NCBI GenBank assembly: GCA_963770835.1
Contig: CAVYRH010000019.1
Coordinates: 224,001 to 288,000, forward strand
Length of the DNA stretch: 64,000 nucleotides
From: an uncultured Pseudomonadota bacterium
GTDB lineage: Bacteria > Oederibacteriota > Muellerivitia > Muellerivitales > Muellerivitaceae
Direction of reading: 5' to 3'
Positions 38,997 to 47,620 of the stretch are shown one piece after another. How positions within the stretch are numbered: position 1 is the stretch's first letter; each line of letters opens with the position of its first letter. The notes beneath the pieces were generated by a model. It was given only the letters and a program-made list of their open reading frames with translations, did not search any database and had not been told where the DNA came from. Both the position numbers and the translations under genes were made by a program.

Positions 38997-39668
38997 TCAA
39001 AACGGCTTAGGTTTTGAAAAGTTCTGGAGCTCATGAGTATCCCGCACCTTTGTCTGCACGTCCCTCGTGAACCGGATGTTGTCGAGCTGTGTATCCGCCA
39101 CCATTCCAACGGCGGTGATGTCGTCCTCGCCCTTATAGACATGAACCCACCCTTCGGTCTTGATCATGTCCGTGTCCGGATTCCAATTGAGCTTATCCGT
39201 TTCTAGCTTCGACCCGTTCTCCACGATCAATTCCACATGCCCTTCCGCTTCCGTGGCGTTGGTGTCAGTGTTTACAATAGCGTGGTCCGCGGTCAAGGTC
39301 GAAGTAAGTTTGTCCTTCTTGTAATATTGGGCGTAAATATTATCCGAATAGGCTTCCTTTTGGTTTTGGTAAAGGCGGGCAATGTCGGCATAGAATTCCC
39401 ATCGTTTTTTTCCCTGGACCGTCGACACCAGGTGGAATTTCTCGATGATTGCGTCTGGTGAGTTCTCCCCCTGGGAAACGGTCTCCGGGCTGGAGGGGGC
39501 GGGCTTGCTTTGTAGGAGCCCCAAAGCCAGCAAACCGATCAAAAAAGCGGCGGTTCCTAAAAACCAAAAATAACGCTTCAAGCGGATGGAGCGTGGTTCC
39601 TCCTCGGGAATATCCAGGATGGGGTCGGGCGGCGGTAGGATTGCTTTTCTTTTTCTCATCTTTCCCAT
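38997..39668 (-). CDS. lptC: LPS export protein LptC
   Basis: Single TM helix, KKRWEFYA, LETDKLNW, TAVGMVAD; position. Confidence 0.85.
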   Translation of the reverse strand: MGKMRKRKAILPPPDPILDIPEEEPRSIRLKRYFWFLGTAAFLIGLLALGLLQSKPAPSSPETVSQGENSPDAIIEKFHLVSTVQGKKRWEFYADIARLYQNQKEAYSDNIYAQYYKKDKLTSTLTADHAIVNTDTNATEAEGHVELIVENGSKLETDKLNWNPDTDMIKTEGWVHVYKGEDDITAVGMVADTQLDNIRFTRDVQTKVRDTHELQNFSKPKPF

Positions 39669-39681
39669 TTTAGACGTTCCT

Positions 39682-40230
39682 TTAAGCGAAAACGTCGTTG
39701 GAAAAAGCGGCTTTGTCGCCGTTGGCTTGGTGAAACCGTTTCACGGCCCTTCCCCATCGGTTTTGGGCCTTCAAAATTTTTTCCACCGCTTCCCGGAAGG
39801 CCCCTTCCCCCGCCGAAGCCCGGGTAACGTAATGAACGGCCTTTTTCACTTCCAACCGCCCGTAAGGAACCGTGGCGGACCAGCCGACACGGGTTAAAAG
39901 TGGAAGGTCGATGAGGTCATCCCCCATATAAGCCACTTGGGAAAGGTTTAAGCGGAGCTTCCGGCAAAGGTTTTGGGCAACGGTCAGTTTGTCCAGTTTG
40001 CCTTGATAAAGGAATGGCACCTTCAAGTGTTTGGCCCTTTTAGCCACCGGTTTGGAAAGTCGTCCGGAGAGCCAGCCCACGGGCAGTCCGCCACAGGCGG
40101 CCAACCGGTGGCCGATACCATCCTGGATATCGAATCCGATGAATTCTTCCTTCAAGCCCAGGAAAACCTTGCCGTTGGTCAGAACCCCGTCCACGTCGGT
40201 TAAAAACAGTTTGATGTTTTGAATGCTCAT
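39682..40230 (-). CDS. kdsC: KDO 8-phosphate phosphatase (HAD family)
   Basis: DVDGVLTNG, QDGIG, MGDDLID, GAFRE. Confidence 0.9.
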   Translation of the reverse strand: MSIQNIKLFLTDVDGVLTNGKVFLGLKEEFIGFDIQDGIGHRLAACGGLPVGWLSGRLSKPVAKRAKHLKVPFLYQGKLDKLTVAQNLCRKLRLNLSQVAYMGDDLIDLPLLTRVGWSATVPYGRLEVKKAVHYVTRASAGEGAFREAVEKILKAQNRWGRAVKRFHQANGDKAAFSNDVFA

Positions 40231-40295
40231 TTTTTCGTCGGTTTTTCTTTTTTGAATTTTTGCTGGTACCCGCCGCCGATACACAATAGCTGCCT

Positions 40296-41264
40296 CTAAA
40301 CGATCCTAATTCTTCCCCGCCCCAAAAGGTCATGCAGGTGGACCAAACCCACCGGCCGGTTTTGGGAATCCACCACAATCAGCTGGAAAATTGTTTTTTC
40401 TTCCATCAACTGGAGGGCCTGGGCGAGGGATGCCTCCGTGGAAACAGTCGCCGGACGGGGGCTGCGAAGGTTTGAAGCATTCCAATGTCGGATATCGGAA
40501 TTCTTCAGGAGTGCCCGGCGTAAATCGCCGTCCACGATGATTCCTTTGAGTTTTCGTCCAGGGCCCACCACGCAGGTGGAACCAACTTTCTTGGCATTGA
40601 TTTCCCGCACAATCCGTTGGAAAGGCGCGCCCAGGACCACTTTCGGCACTTGGCTTCCCTTTCGCATAATATCGACCACCCTCAACTGCAGGCGCCGGCC
40701 CAATTCTCCCGCCGGGTGAAAAAGGGCGAAATCCTTCTCTGTAAAACCATGTGCCTCCATGAGAGCCACCGCCAGGGCATCGCCCATGGCCAAAGCCGCC
40801 GTGGTGCTGGCGGTGGGCGCCAAGCGCAAGGGGCAAGCTTCTTTTTTAATCCCCACATCCACCACCACGTCACTCAATCGGGCCATGGCGGAATGGAGGC
40901 TGCCCGTAAAAAGAATGATGCGGCAGCCCATCCGCCGCAAAAGAGGTAGGAGGGTTTTTAGTTCGTCAGTTTCGCCGCTGTTGGAAAGGGCCAGCACCAC
41001 GTCGCCCTTGGAAGCCTTTCCCATGTCCCCATGAAGGGCTTCGGCGGGGCTGAGGAAAAGCGCGGGGGTTCCGGTGGAGGAAAGGGTGGCGGCGATTTTC
41101 TGGCCTACCAAGCCGGATTTTCCCATGCCCGTAACGACCACCCGCCCCTTGGATTGAAGAACGAGTTTCACCGCCGCCGCGAAGGAGAGACCAGTTTTAC
41201 GGGAGAGCTGCAAAAGCCCCTCGGCTTCAATTCTGAGGACCCTTTTGGCCGTCGAAACGCTCAT
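40296..41264 (-). CDS. kdsD: Arabinose-5-phosphate isomerase (SIS + 2 CBS)
   Basis: GMGKSG, HGDMG, SNSGET, EACP..LAPTAST, HPAGELG. Confidence 0.94.
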   Translation of the reverse strand: MSVSTAKRVLRIEAEGLLQLSRKTGLSFAAAVKLVLQSKGRVVVTGMGKSGLVGQKIAATLSSTGTPALFLSPAEALHGDMGKASKGDVVLALSNSGETDELKTLLPLLRRMGCRIILFTGSLHSAMARLSDVVVDVGIKKEACPLRLAPTASTTAALAMGDALAVALMEAHGFTEKDFALFHPAGELGRRLQLRVVDIMRKGSQVPKVVLGAPFQRIVREINAKKVGSTCVVGPGRKLKGIIVDGDLRRALLKNSDIRHWNASNLRSPRPATVSTEASLAQALQLMEEKTIFQLIVVDSQNRPVGLVHLHDLLGRGRIRIV

Positions 41265-41305
41265 CAAGTGCTCCATATCATCCACCGGGTTTGCGGTTAA
41301 TACTT

Positions 41306-42016
41306 TTATTCTTTCGAATAAAGGTACCGGCCGCAGGTACAGCGCTGGACGGCGATATTTTTCCGCAGTTCATTAAGGATTTGGGGCGGGATGTTCATGT
41401 GACAGCCGCTGCAGGTATGATCCTCCTGGACTTTGGCCACTGCGATTTTTTTACCGCTGCTCCTCAATTGCTCATATCCCTGGGCGAACTCCTCGGGCAA
41501 GCCAGCCAGTTGTTTCTGGTGCTCACCTTTCTTCTCTTGGACCGATTGGTCGCAATCGGAAAGCCTCTGTTGAATTCCCTTTTTATCCTCGGCGGCCTTT
41601 TTTTCCGCCTGTGCCAAATCCTGGTTCAGTTTTTGGATCTTGGCCTTCTGGTCGTCATCCTTGAAAAGAAATTCAAGAACCTTTTCTTCGGCCTTGGCTT
41701 TTTCTTCCTTTCCCTTCTCTATCTCCTGTTTCAAAGCGGTAAATTGCTCGTTGCTCTTGACCTCGTTTTGTTGGCCTAAATACTTGGAGATCTTGGTGTC
41801 CAGCGTCCCGATCTCGATTTCCAGGGTCTTCCGCTGCTTGGCCAGGTCCTCCAAGACTTTTTTCTCATCCCGGATGAGGTTTTTGAGTTCGGTGACATGG
41901 GTTTCCAATGTGGCGATCTCTTGGTTAAAGCCTTTTTTGAGGCGTTCCAGGTCATCCAAACCAGAATCGATGGTTTGAAGTTCCGCAAGTTTTTCTAACG
42001 TTTCGGCGAAATGCAA
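41306..42016 (-). CDS. Coiled-coil C4 zinc-ribbon protein (HP0958/CT398-like)
   Basis: Long coiled coil, CSGCHM.IPPQ...CTCGRYLY. Confidence 0.85.
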   Translation of the reverse strand: MHFAETLEKLAELQTIDSGLDDLERLKKGFNQEIATLETHVTELKNLIRDEKKVLEDLAKQRKTLEIEIGTLDTKISKYLGQQNEVKSNEQFTALKQEIEKGKEEKAKAEEKVLEFLFKDDDQKAKIQKLNQDLAQAEKKAAEDKKGIQQRLSDCDQSVQEKKGEHQKQLAGLPEEFAQGYEQLRSSGKKIAVAKVQEDHTCSGCHMNIPPQILNELRKNIAVQRCTCGRYLYSKE

Positions 42017-42165
42017 AATTTATTTTCCTTTTAATGGTAATGGGCTGTCCCAGCTGGAAGACGGGGTTGAAGTTTAACACGGGGCCGTGGTCTTTTCCCC
42101 TATAAACAACGGGGAAACGGTTGTTAAAATGTGGGAAAACAATGATTCCAGGATTGTGAGGCGCC

Positions 42166-42645
42166 ATGAACGAAGCGGCAAAAAAGAAACTATTGAGGAT
42201 GATTCCCCACGCCCTTTACGTCCTTACCAGTAAATCTGGCGGAAAAACGGTGGCTTCCACGGTTAGCTGGGTCACCCAGGCGTCCTTCCAGCCCCCGTTG
42301 GTGGCCGTGGTTTTAAAAAAGGATACCCACACCTTGGACGTGGTGAACCAAGCCCAAAGCTTCGTCCTGAATTTCCTGGGAATGGACCAAAAAGATGTCG
42401 CGCAGAAGTTTTTCAAGCACGTGGAGCCGGAGGGAAACCACATGGCCGGAGAGGTTTTTCAGGACAGCCCGGTCTTAAAGCACCCCCTCTTTCCGAAAAT
42501 GGCGGGTTTCGTGGAATGCCGGGTCGTGGGGAGCCTGGATAAGGGAGACCACCTGTTGATGGTGGCCGAAATCTTGGAGGCTGAAACGGGGCCCCTGGAA
42601 GGCCCCTTGTTGTTATCCTCGACTGGTTGGCAATACGGCGGTTAA
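42166..42645 (+). CDS. Flavin reductase-like protein
   Basis: SWVTQASFQPPLV, VECRV, GDH. Confidence 0.88.
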   Translation: MNEAAKKKLLRMIPHALYVLTSKSGGKTVASTVSWVTQASFQPPLVAVVLKKDTHTLDVVNQAQSFVLNFLGMDQKDVAQKFFKHVEPEGNHMAGEVFQDSPVLKHPLFPKMAGFVECRVVGSLDKGDHLLMVAEILEAETGPLEGPLLLSSTGWQYGG

Positions 42646-43223
42646 TTCGGTCCCAGTTGTTTTAAAAGGGTTTCCAGGTCGGGGGCCTTTTCGAACTTCA
42701 CCTCGAAACCGGTGCGTTTTCGCGGGTCTTTTTCATGCAACAACAGATATTTTTCCCCCTCGTACAACCAGGAAAGAAAAGAATTCAGGATTTCCTCTAA
42801 TTTTCCGGAAACTTCGGAGCCATGGGGGGCCTCCAGCCGGTCGTTGACGAAAACCTGCAAGTGGTTGACCGCAAACTTCACCTTGCCTGCCGCTTCGGGC
42901 TCCTTTTCCAAAAGGGAGCAGGCTTTCAAGGCCCGCCGGAATGCGGTTTTCAGGTGCTCTTGCTTGCTTTTTTCGGGCGTCCGCTTTTGGCTGTAAAGGA
43001 AGCCCCTCTTGCCATCCATCTCATCCACACTGTAATTGGCCTCTTGGGCGACCAGCAGTACGCCGGGCCCCTGGTGCACGTGGGAATATTCGGCCACATC
43101 CACCAGTAAACCCTCCAGTTTATCCTCTTGGATCCAACGGTGGAAAACAGGAATAAAGGAGGAAAGCGGCAGTTCCCCGCCTTTTTCCAGGAAAAATTTT
43201 ACGCCAATTTTTTGCAGGTTCAT
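42642..43223 (-). CDS. Hypothetical protein directly downstream of the sulfite/nitrite reductase
   Basis: Clean 193-aa ORF 24 bp after the reductase; IPVFHRWIQ, DVAEYSHVHQGPG. Confidence 0.7.
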   Translation of the reverse strand: MNLQKIGVKFFLEKGGELPLSSFIPVFHRWIQEDKLEGLLVDVAEYSHVHQGPGVLLVAQEANYSVDEMDGKRGFLYSQKRTPEKSKQEHLKTAFRRALKACSLLEKEPEAAGKVKFAVNHLQVFVNDRLEAPHGSEVSGKLEEILNSFLSWLYEGEKYLLLHEKDPRKRTGFEVKFEKAPDLETLLKQLGPN

Positions 43224-43247
43224 TTTTCCCTCAATGGAAACGAAAAT

Positions 43248-45518
43248 TTATTTGTTCAGCAGGGCGGCAGGTGACGGGGCGGCGTTGGCGACATAACTAT
43301 GGACCGCCTCCAGGAATAACTGGGCTTCCTCGACCCGCCGGTGGGCCTCGTCCGGGTTGGGATTCGGCAACCGGTTTTCTTGAGCCTTGAACAAATAGGC
43401 CGCAAACTGGGTGTTGTTGACGTGTTTCACAAATTCGCCCGTATCGAAGAATCCCTTTCTGAATTCCGCGATGGTGGCTTCCGCGCTGCCCACCCATTCC
43501 CGGTTGCGGCTTCGCACCACGCCCTCGGCGGAAAAAATCATGGACTCATAAGCCAGGTCTACGGCGGCCTTGTAGTTTTTCTTGTCGAGTTCCACCTGGG
43601 CCTCAAAGGCCTTGCCTTCGGCCGCGGTGAGGGAGAATTCGGAAGGCTCGACCACTTCACCCGCGCATTCGCCCTTCCCGATATCGGCGATGGTGTATTC
43701 CCGCACATCCCCCCAGTCGGTGAAAAGCGAGGGCTCGGCATCGTGGGGTGGGATGGCCATCAGGTCCGACAGGATGTTCTTGATTTCCACTTTTCCAATG
43801 CGTTGGACGAAGTTCTGGAAGGTCTCGTTTTTTTGGCGTTCCTTGACGTATTTATCCGTCAATCGCTTCACCGTCTCGGGAATGCGTTTCGATGGCACGG
43901 CCGCCACCGCCAGGCCGTAGGAACCGCCGTTGTTCTTCCACTGCCCCCCCAGCACCAGCTGGAAGTGGGGCACCGTATAGGAACCCGACTTGCGGGAAAC
44001 GCCGTAAAAACCCAGGTCGGAAATGTGGTGCTGGCCGCAGGAATTGGGACAGCCGCTGACCTTGATCTTCAGGTTTTTGATCTCTTCCGGCATATCGGCC
44101 GTAATGGCATCCAGCCGGCTGGAAAGCTCCCGGGCCAGGCCCCGCGAGGCCGAGATGCCCAATTTGCAGGTATCCGTGCCGGGACAGGAGGTGATATCCG
44201 AAATGGTGTTGGCGCCGGCGGTGGAAAGGCCGATGGCCTGCAGTTCTTCAAAAAAGGCTGGCAGGTCAGCTTCACTCACCCACCGGAAGAGGAGGTTTTG
44301 TTCCACCGTTGTGCGCACCGTATCCTTCACATATTTGCGGGCCATTTCGGCCAGGACGCGCAGCTGGGTGGAGGTTAGGTCGCCCAAAGGCACCTTCACA
44401 TAGACGGAAACGTAACCATACTGGGGCTGTTGATAAGCATTGGTCTTTTTCCAATCCAAAAAACCCTTGGGGAAGGAGGAGGCCTTGAGATTTTCGGCCT
44501 TGTGGGCAGGCTTTTCCTCTTCCTTACTATATTGTTCGATCAGGCTGGTCCAGCGCGGATCCTGGGTAAGAACCTTGCGTTCTTCGATGACAAGCTTCCG
44601 GAATTCCTCGATGCCCAGTTTGGCCACTAAGAACTTGATACGGGCCATGCCGCGGATCTTCTTTTCCCCCAGGCGGCCGTAAACCCGGGCCACGGCCTGG
44701 GTAATAGGCAGGATCTCCTCGGCTGGGTGGTTTTCAAAGAGCAGTTTGGCGTTGTAAGGCACCGGGCCTAGTCCACCCCCCACGTAGACGTCGAAAGCCT
44801 TCTTTTCCTTGCCGCCGGCCATGACCTTCTTGGCGGTGAACCCCATATCGTGCATGTTCACCAGCCCACAGCCCTCGTGGGCGCAGCCGGAAAAGGCGAT
44901 TTTGAATTTGCGCCCGAAATCCTGCGCGTCCGGGTGGCCCAGCATGAATTTGAAGATGGCTTTGGAGTAGGGGGTGACGTCGAAGGACTCAGTGCGGCAG
45001 ACCCCGGCCAGGGGACAGGCCGTCACGTTCCTTACCGAATTACCGCAAGCCTCCCGCGTGGTAATACCCACAGCCCCCAAACGCCGCATGATGTCGGGGG
45101 TGTCCTCCACGTGGATAAAGTGGAGTTGGAAATCCTGCCGGGTGGTGATGTGGCCGATTCCGTCTGAATACTCTTCCGCCAGGTCGGCCATCACGTCCAA
45201 CTGGTCGGCGGTGATGCCGCCCCAGGGAAACTTGATGCGCTGCATGCCGGGAGCGTCCCAGTGGGTGTCCGGGCCCTTCCAGAGGCCGTCGTTGGGGTAT
45301 TTTAGGTGACGGATTTGCTTGCCGTCATTGCGGTGGCCGTTGTCGTAGCGTTGGCCGTAAGCGCCCCGGCGCAGCCGGGTTTCGGCAAAAATACGGGGTT
45401 CGATCTTCCCCTGTTTGTTCAGGCCGATCTGGGCCTCAAAATCGTCAATTTCCCTGGCCCAGTCGGGTGGAATGGTTCCTTGAAGTTCAGTTTTCCAACT
45501 TTTGTTTTCGGTGGCCAT
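43248..45518 (-). CDS. Siroheme nitrite/sulfite reductase with C-terminal HEPN-like extension
   Basis: HITTRQD.Q.H, REACGNSVRNVTACP, RKFKIAFSGC, CPGTDTCKLG, SGCPNSCGQH. Confidence 0.9.
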   Translation of the reverse strand: MATENKSWKTELQGTIPPDWAREIDDFEAQIGLNKQGKIEPRIFAETRLRRGAYGQRYDNGHRNDGKQIRHLKYPNDGLWKGPDTHWDAPGMQRIKFPWGGITADQLDVMADLAEEYSDGIGHITTRQDFQLHFIHVEDTPDIMRRLGAVGITTREACGNSVRNVTACPLAGVCRTESFDVTPYSKAIFKFMLGHPDAQDFGRKFKIAFSGCAHEGCGLVNMHDMGFTAKKVMAGGKEKKAFDVYVGGGLGPVPYNAKLLFENHPAEEILPITQAVARVYGRLGEKKIRGMARIKFLVAKLGIEEFRKLVIEERKVLTQDPRWTSLIEQYSKEEEKPAHKAENLKASSFPKGFLDWKKTNAYQQPQYGYVSVYVKVPLGDLTSTQLRVLAEMARKYVKDTVRTTVEQNLLFRWVSEADLPAFFEELQAIGLSTAGANTISDITSCPGTDTCKLGISASRGLARELSSRLDAITADMPEEIKNLKIKVSGCPNSCGQHHISDLGFYGVSRKSGSYTVPHFQLVLGGQWKNNGGSYGLAVAAVPSKRIPETVKRLTDKYVKERQKNETFQNFVQRIGKVEIKNILSDLMAIPPHDAEPSLFTDWGDVREYTIADIGKGECAGEVVEPSEFSLTAAEGKAFEAQVELDKKNYKAAVDLAYESMIFSAEGVVRSRNREWVGSAEATIAEFRKGFFDTGEFVKHVNNTQFAAYLFKAQENRLPNPNPDEAHRRVEEAQLFLEAVHSYVANAAPSPAALLNK

Positions 45519-45694
45519 GGGTCTTCTTTCGATAAGGCTTCAGAAGCGAAGGTCTTTTGTACACTAACGGCGCCTTCAAAATCAATGCGTTATTTTCGCG
45601 GAAAGGCCGACTATAATGAACCGGAAATCAGCCAGGTATCATGGACAAGTTGGGAAGTGGTTGTCATTAACTTGATCAACGGAAAACAACCTTT

Positions 45695-47569
45695 GTGAAA
45701 ATACCCTTTCCGCCCACGAAAACCCTCTGGGCCATCGCTACCGCACCGTTGATTATGGCCGTCCTTTATCTTTTCGTTGCTTATCCCCGCTTTTGTCCCG
45801 AACCGGCCATCCTTTGGGAACATCCGCTGGTACTGGTGATCTGGTTGATGGTCACCGGAATATTCGCATTGGTCGTCCGGGAAATCCTTCTTCGGCTGAG
45901 ACTTCGCCTTTCCTTTATTCCATTCGTGGTCATCCCTACGGTGAGTTTCTATTGCCTTTACGTCATTTACACCGCTTCCATTATCGGCAACCTCGCTTGG
46001 GAATCCCCTCCCAATTACAAGCAGATCCTGCCTTTTCTTCCCAACCTGATGGAACTGGCCGACAACTTCAATATACCCCGGCCCTTGGTGGTAGCCTTTG
46101 GGGCGGGGCCCCTCGTCGTTTTTATTGCCATCTTCGTAGTGAACTCGAAGGGATTGGCGGCTTGGCACTGGTCGATCCGTGAAAGCGTCATGACGGCCTC
46201 CCCTTCCCGCCGCTTTTTGGTGCTCCTGGGATCCCTTGTTCCCGTGGCGGTCTTATCCTCTATCCTGTCTTCCGACCCCCAAATCCAGGGAAGTTTAAAA
46301 TTCAACGGCGAGCCCATCGAGACCTTTTTCACGACCGAGCCGGTCCCCTTTGCCATGTCGAAGGAAAGGGTTTTCTGGTCCAAAAAGGACCGGGATGTGG
46401 AACTCAAGGTGCGGGGAAAAATCCCCCAGGTCCATAACATTTTTATTTTCGTCGTGGACGCCCTCCGAGCCGACCACCTTCCCAGTTACGGCTATAACCG
46501 ACCTTTGACGCCTTTCCTTTCCGTATTCCTTCCCACGGCCAATGTCCGCCAAATCGACATGGCCCTTTCGACGGGCCTGGACACCCTGACGGGCACCATT
46601 TGTTTACAGGCTTCCAAGGAGCCCCTGGCCGTCAGCCAGTTCAACTACACCCTCCCGGATTACCTGGCCGACGAGGGGTTTAAAACCTTACTGATCCTGG
46701 CGGGAGACCACCACTGGCAGCTTGCGCACCAGGCTTTCGGGAGAAAAATCGACCTCTTCTATGACGGCAGCGAGCACCCGGGGCCGGGTGGGGCTTGTGA
46801 CGACAACCTGGTGGTGGACGAAGTGGCCAACCTGCATCCCGACGACGGGGGTTACCATTATTTCTACATCCACCTTTTATCGGTTCATCCCCTGGGGGTG
46901 ATCGACGATAAATACCTCCAATACCTGCCCATCCGCAACCTCATTATCGAAAACAATCCCTTCCTGAATGACAACATCATCGCAGGTATCCGCAACCTCT
47001 ACGACGACCGGATTCTCCAATGGGACGACGTCATGAAGAAGTTGCTGGCCTGTCTCCAGCAAAAAGGCTACCTGAATGATTACATCGCGGTGATTACAGC
47101 CGACCACGGCCAGCTCCTGGGGGAAAAGGGCAAATACGGCCATGGCCATTACGCGGATATCGAGGCCATGCGGATCCCGATGATCTTTTTTGGTTCCAAG
47201 CCCCTTCCACCTTTCCCCGAGACCCGTTTCGGGGTGCAGATTGACATCCCCCCCACCCTGGTGGAAATGGCAGGCTTGGAGACCCTCTCCAGTTGGCAAG
47301 GCCAATCCCTTTTGAGGCCCCGGGAAAATCCCTGGAGTTACCACCTAAGCCCCTATTCCCATTCAGGGCAAGAAGGCGCGGTGGTTTTTTATTCGCAGGA
47401 TAAAATCCTAAAGTATTCGAGAACGCTGGAGGATTTCGAGGGAAAACCCGGTGAGTTATACGACCTTGAAAAAGACCCCCAAGAAACGAACAACCTAGTG
47501 GATCACTTTGATCCCGATTTTTTGGGGGTGATCCGCAGCCATGCCCTGGCCAACCTTACGTCTTATTAA
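45695..47569 (+). CDS. Membrane-anchored sulfatase-like/LtaS-type alkaline phosphatase superfamily protein (paralog 1)
   Basis: About 5 TM helices, VVDALRADHL, ITADHG, GHGH, DIPPT, LYDLEKDP. Confidence 0.82.
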   Translation: MKIPFPPTKTLWAIATAPLIMAVLYLFVAYPRFCPEPAILWEHPLVLVIWLMVTGIFALVVREILLRLRLRLSFIPFVVIPTVSFYCLYVIYTASIIGNLAWESPPNYKQILPFLPNLMELADNFNIPRPLVVAFGAGPLVVFIAIFVVNSKGLAAWHWSIRESVMTASPSRRFLVLLGSLVPVAVLSSILSSDPQIQGSLKFNGEPIETFFTTEPVPFAMSKERVFWSKKDRDVELKVRGKIPQVHNIFIFVVDALRADHLPSYGYNRPLTPFLSVFLPTANVRQIDMALSTGLDTLTGTICLQASKEPLAVSQFNYTLPDYLADEGFKTLLILAGDHHWQLAHQAFGRKIDLFYDGSEHPGPGGACDDNLVVDEVANLHPDDGGYHYFYIHLLSVHPLGVIDDKYLQYLPIRNLIIENNPFLNDNIIAGIRNLYDDRILQWDDVMKKLLACLQQKGYLNDYIAVITADHGQLLGEKGKYGHGHYADIEAMRIPMIFFGSKPLPPFPETRFGVQIDIPPTLVEMAGLETLSSWQGQSLLRPRENPWSYHLSPYSHSGQEGAVVFYSQDKILKYSRTLEDFEGKPGELYDLEKDPQETNNLVDHFDPDFLGVIRSHALANLTSY

Positions 47570-47620
47570 ACCAATGGGCTGGAATTTTTCTCGTCTCCAT
47601 CCATCTGCGAGGTGTGAAAT

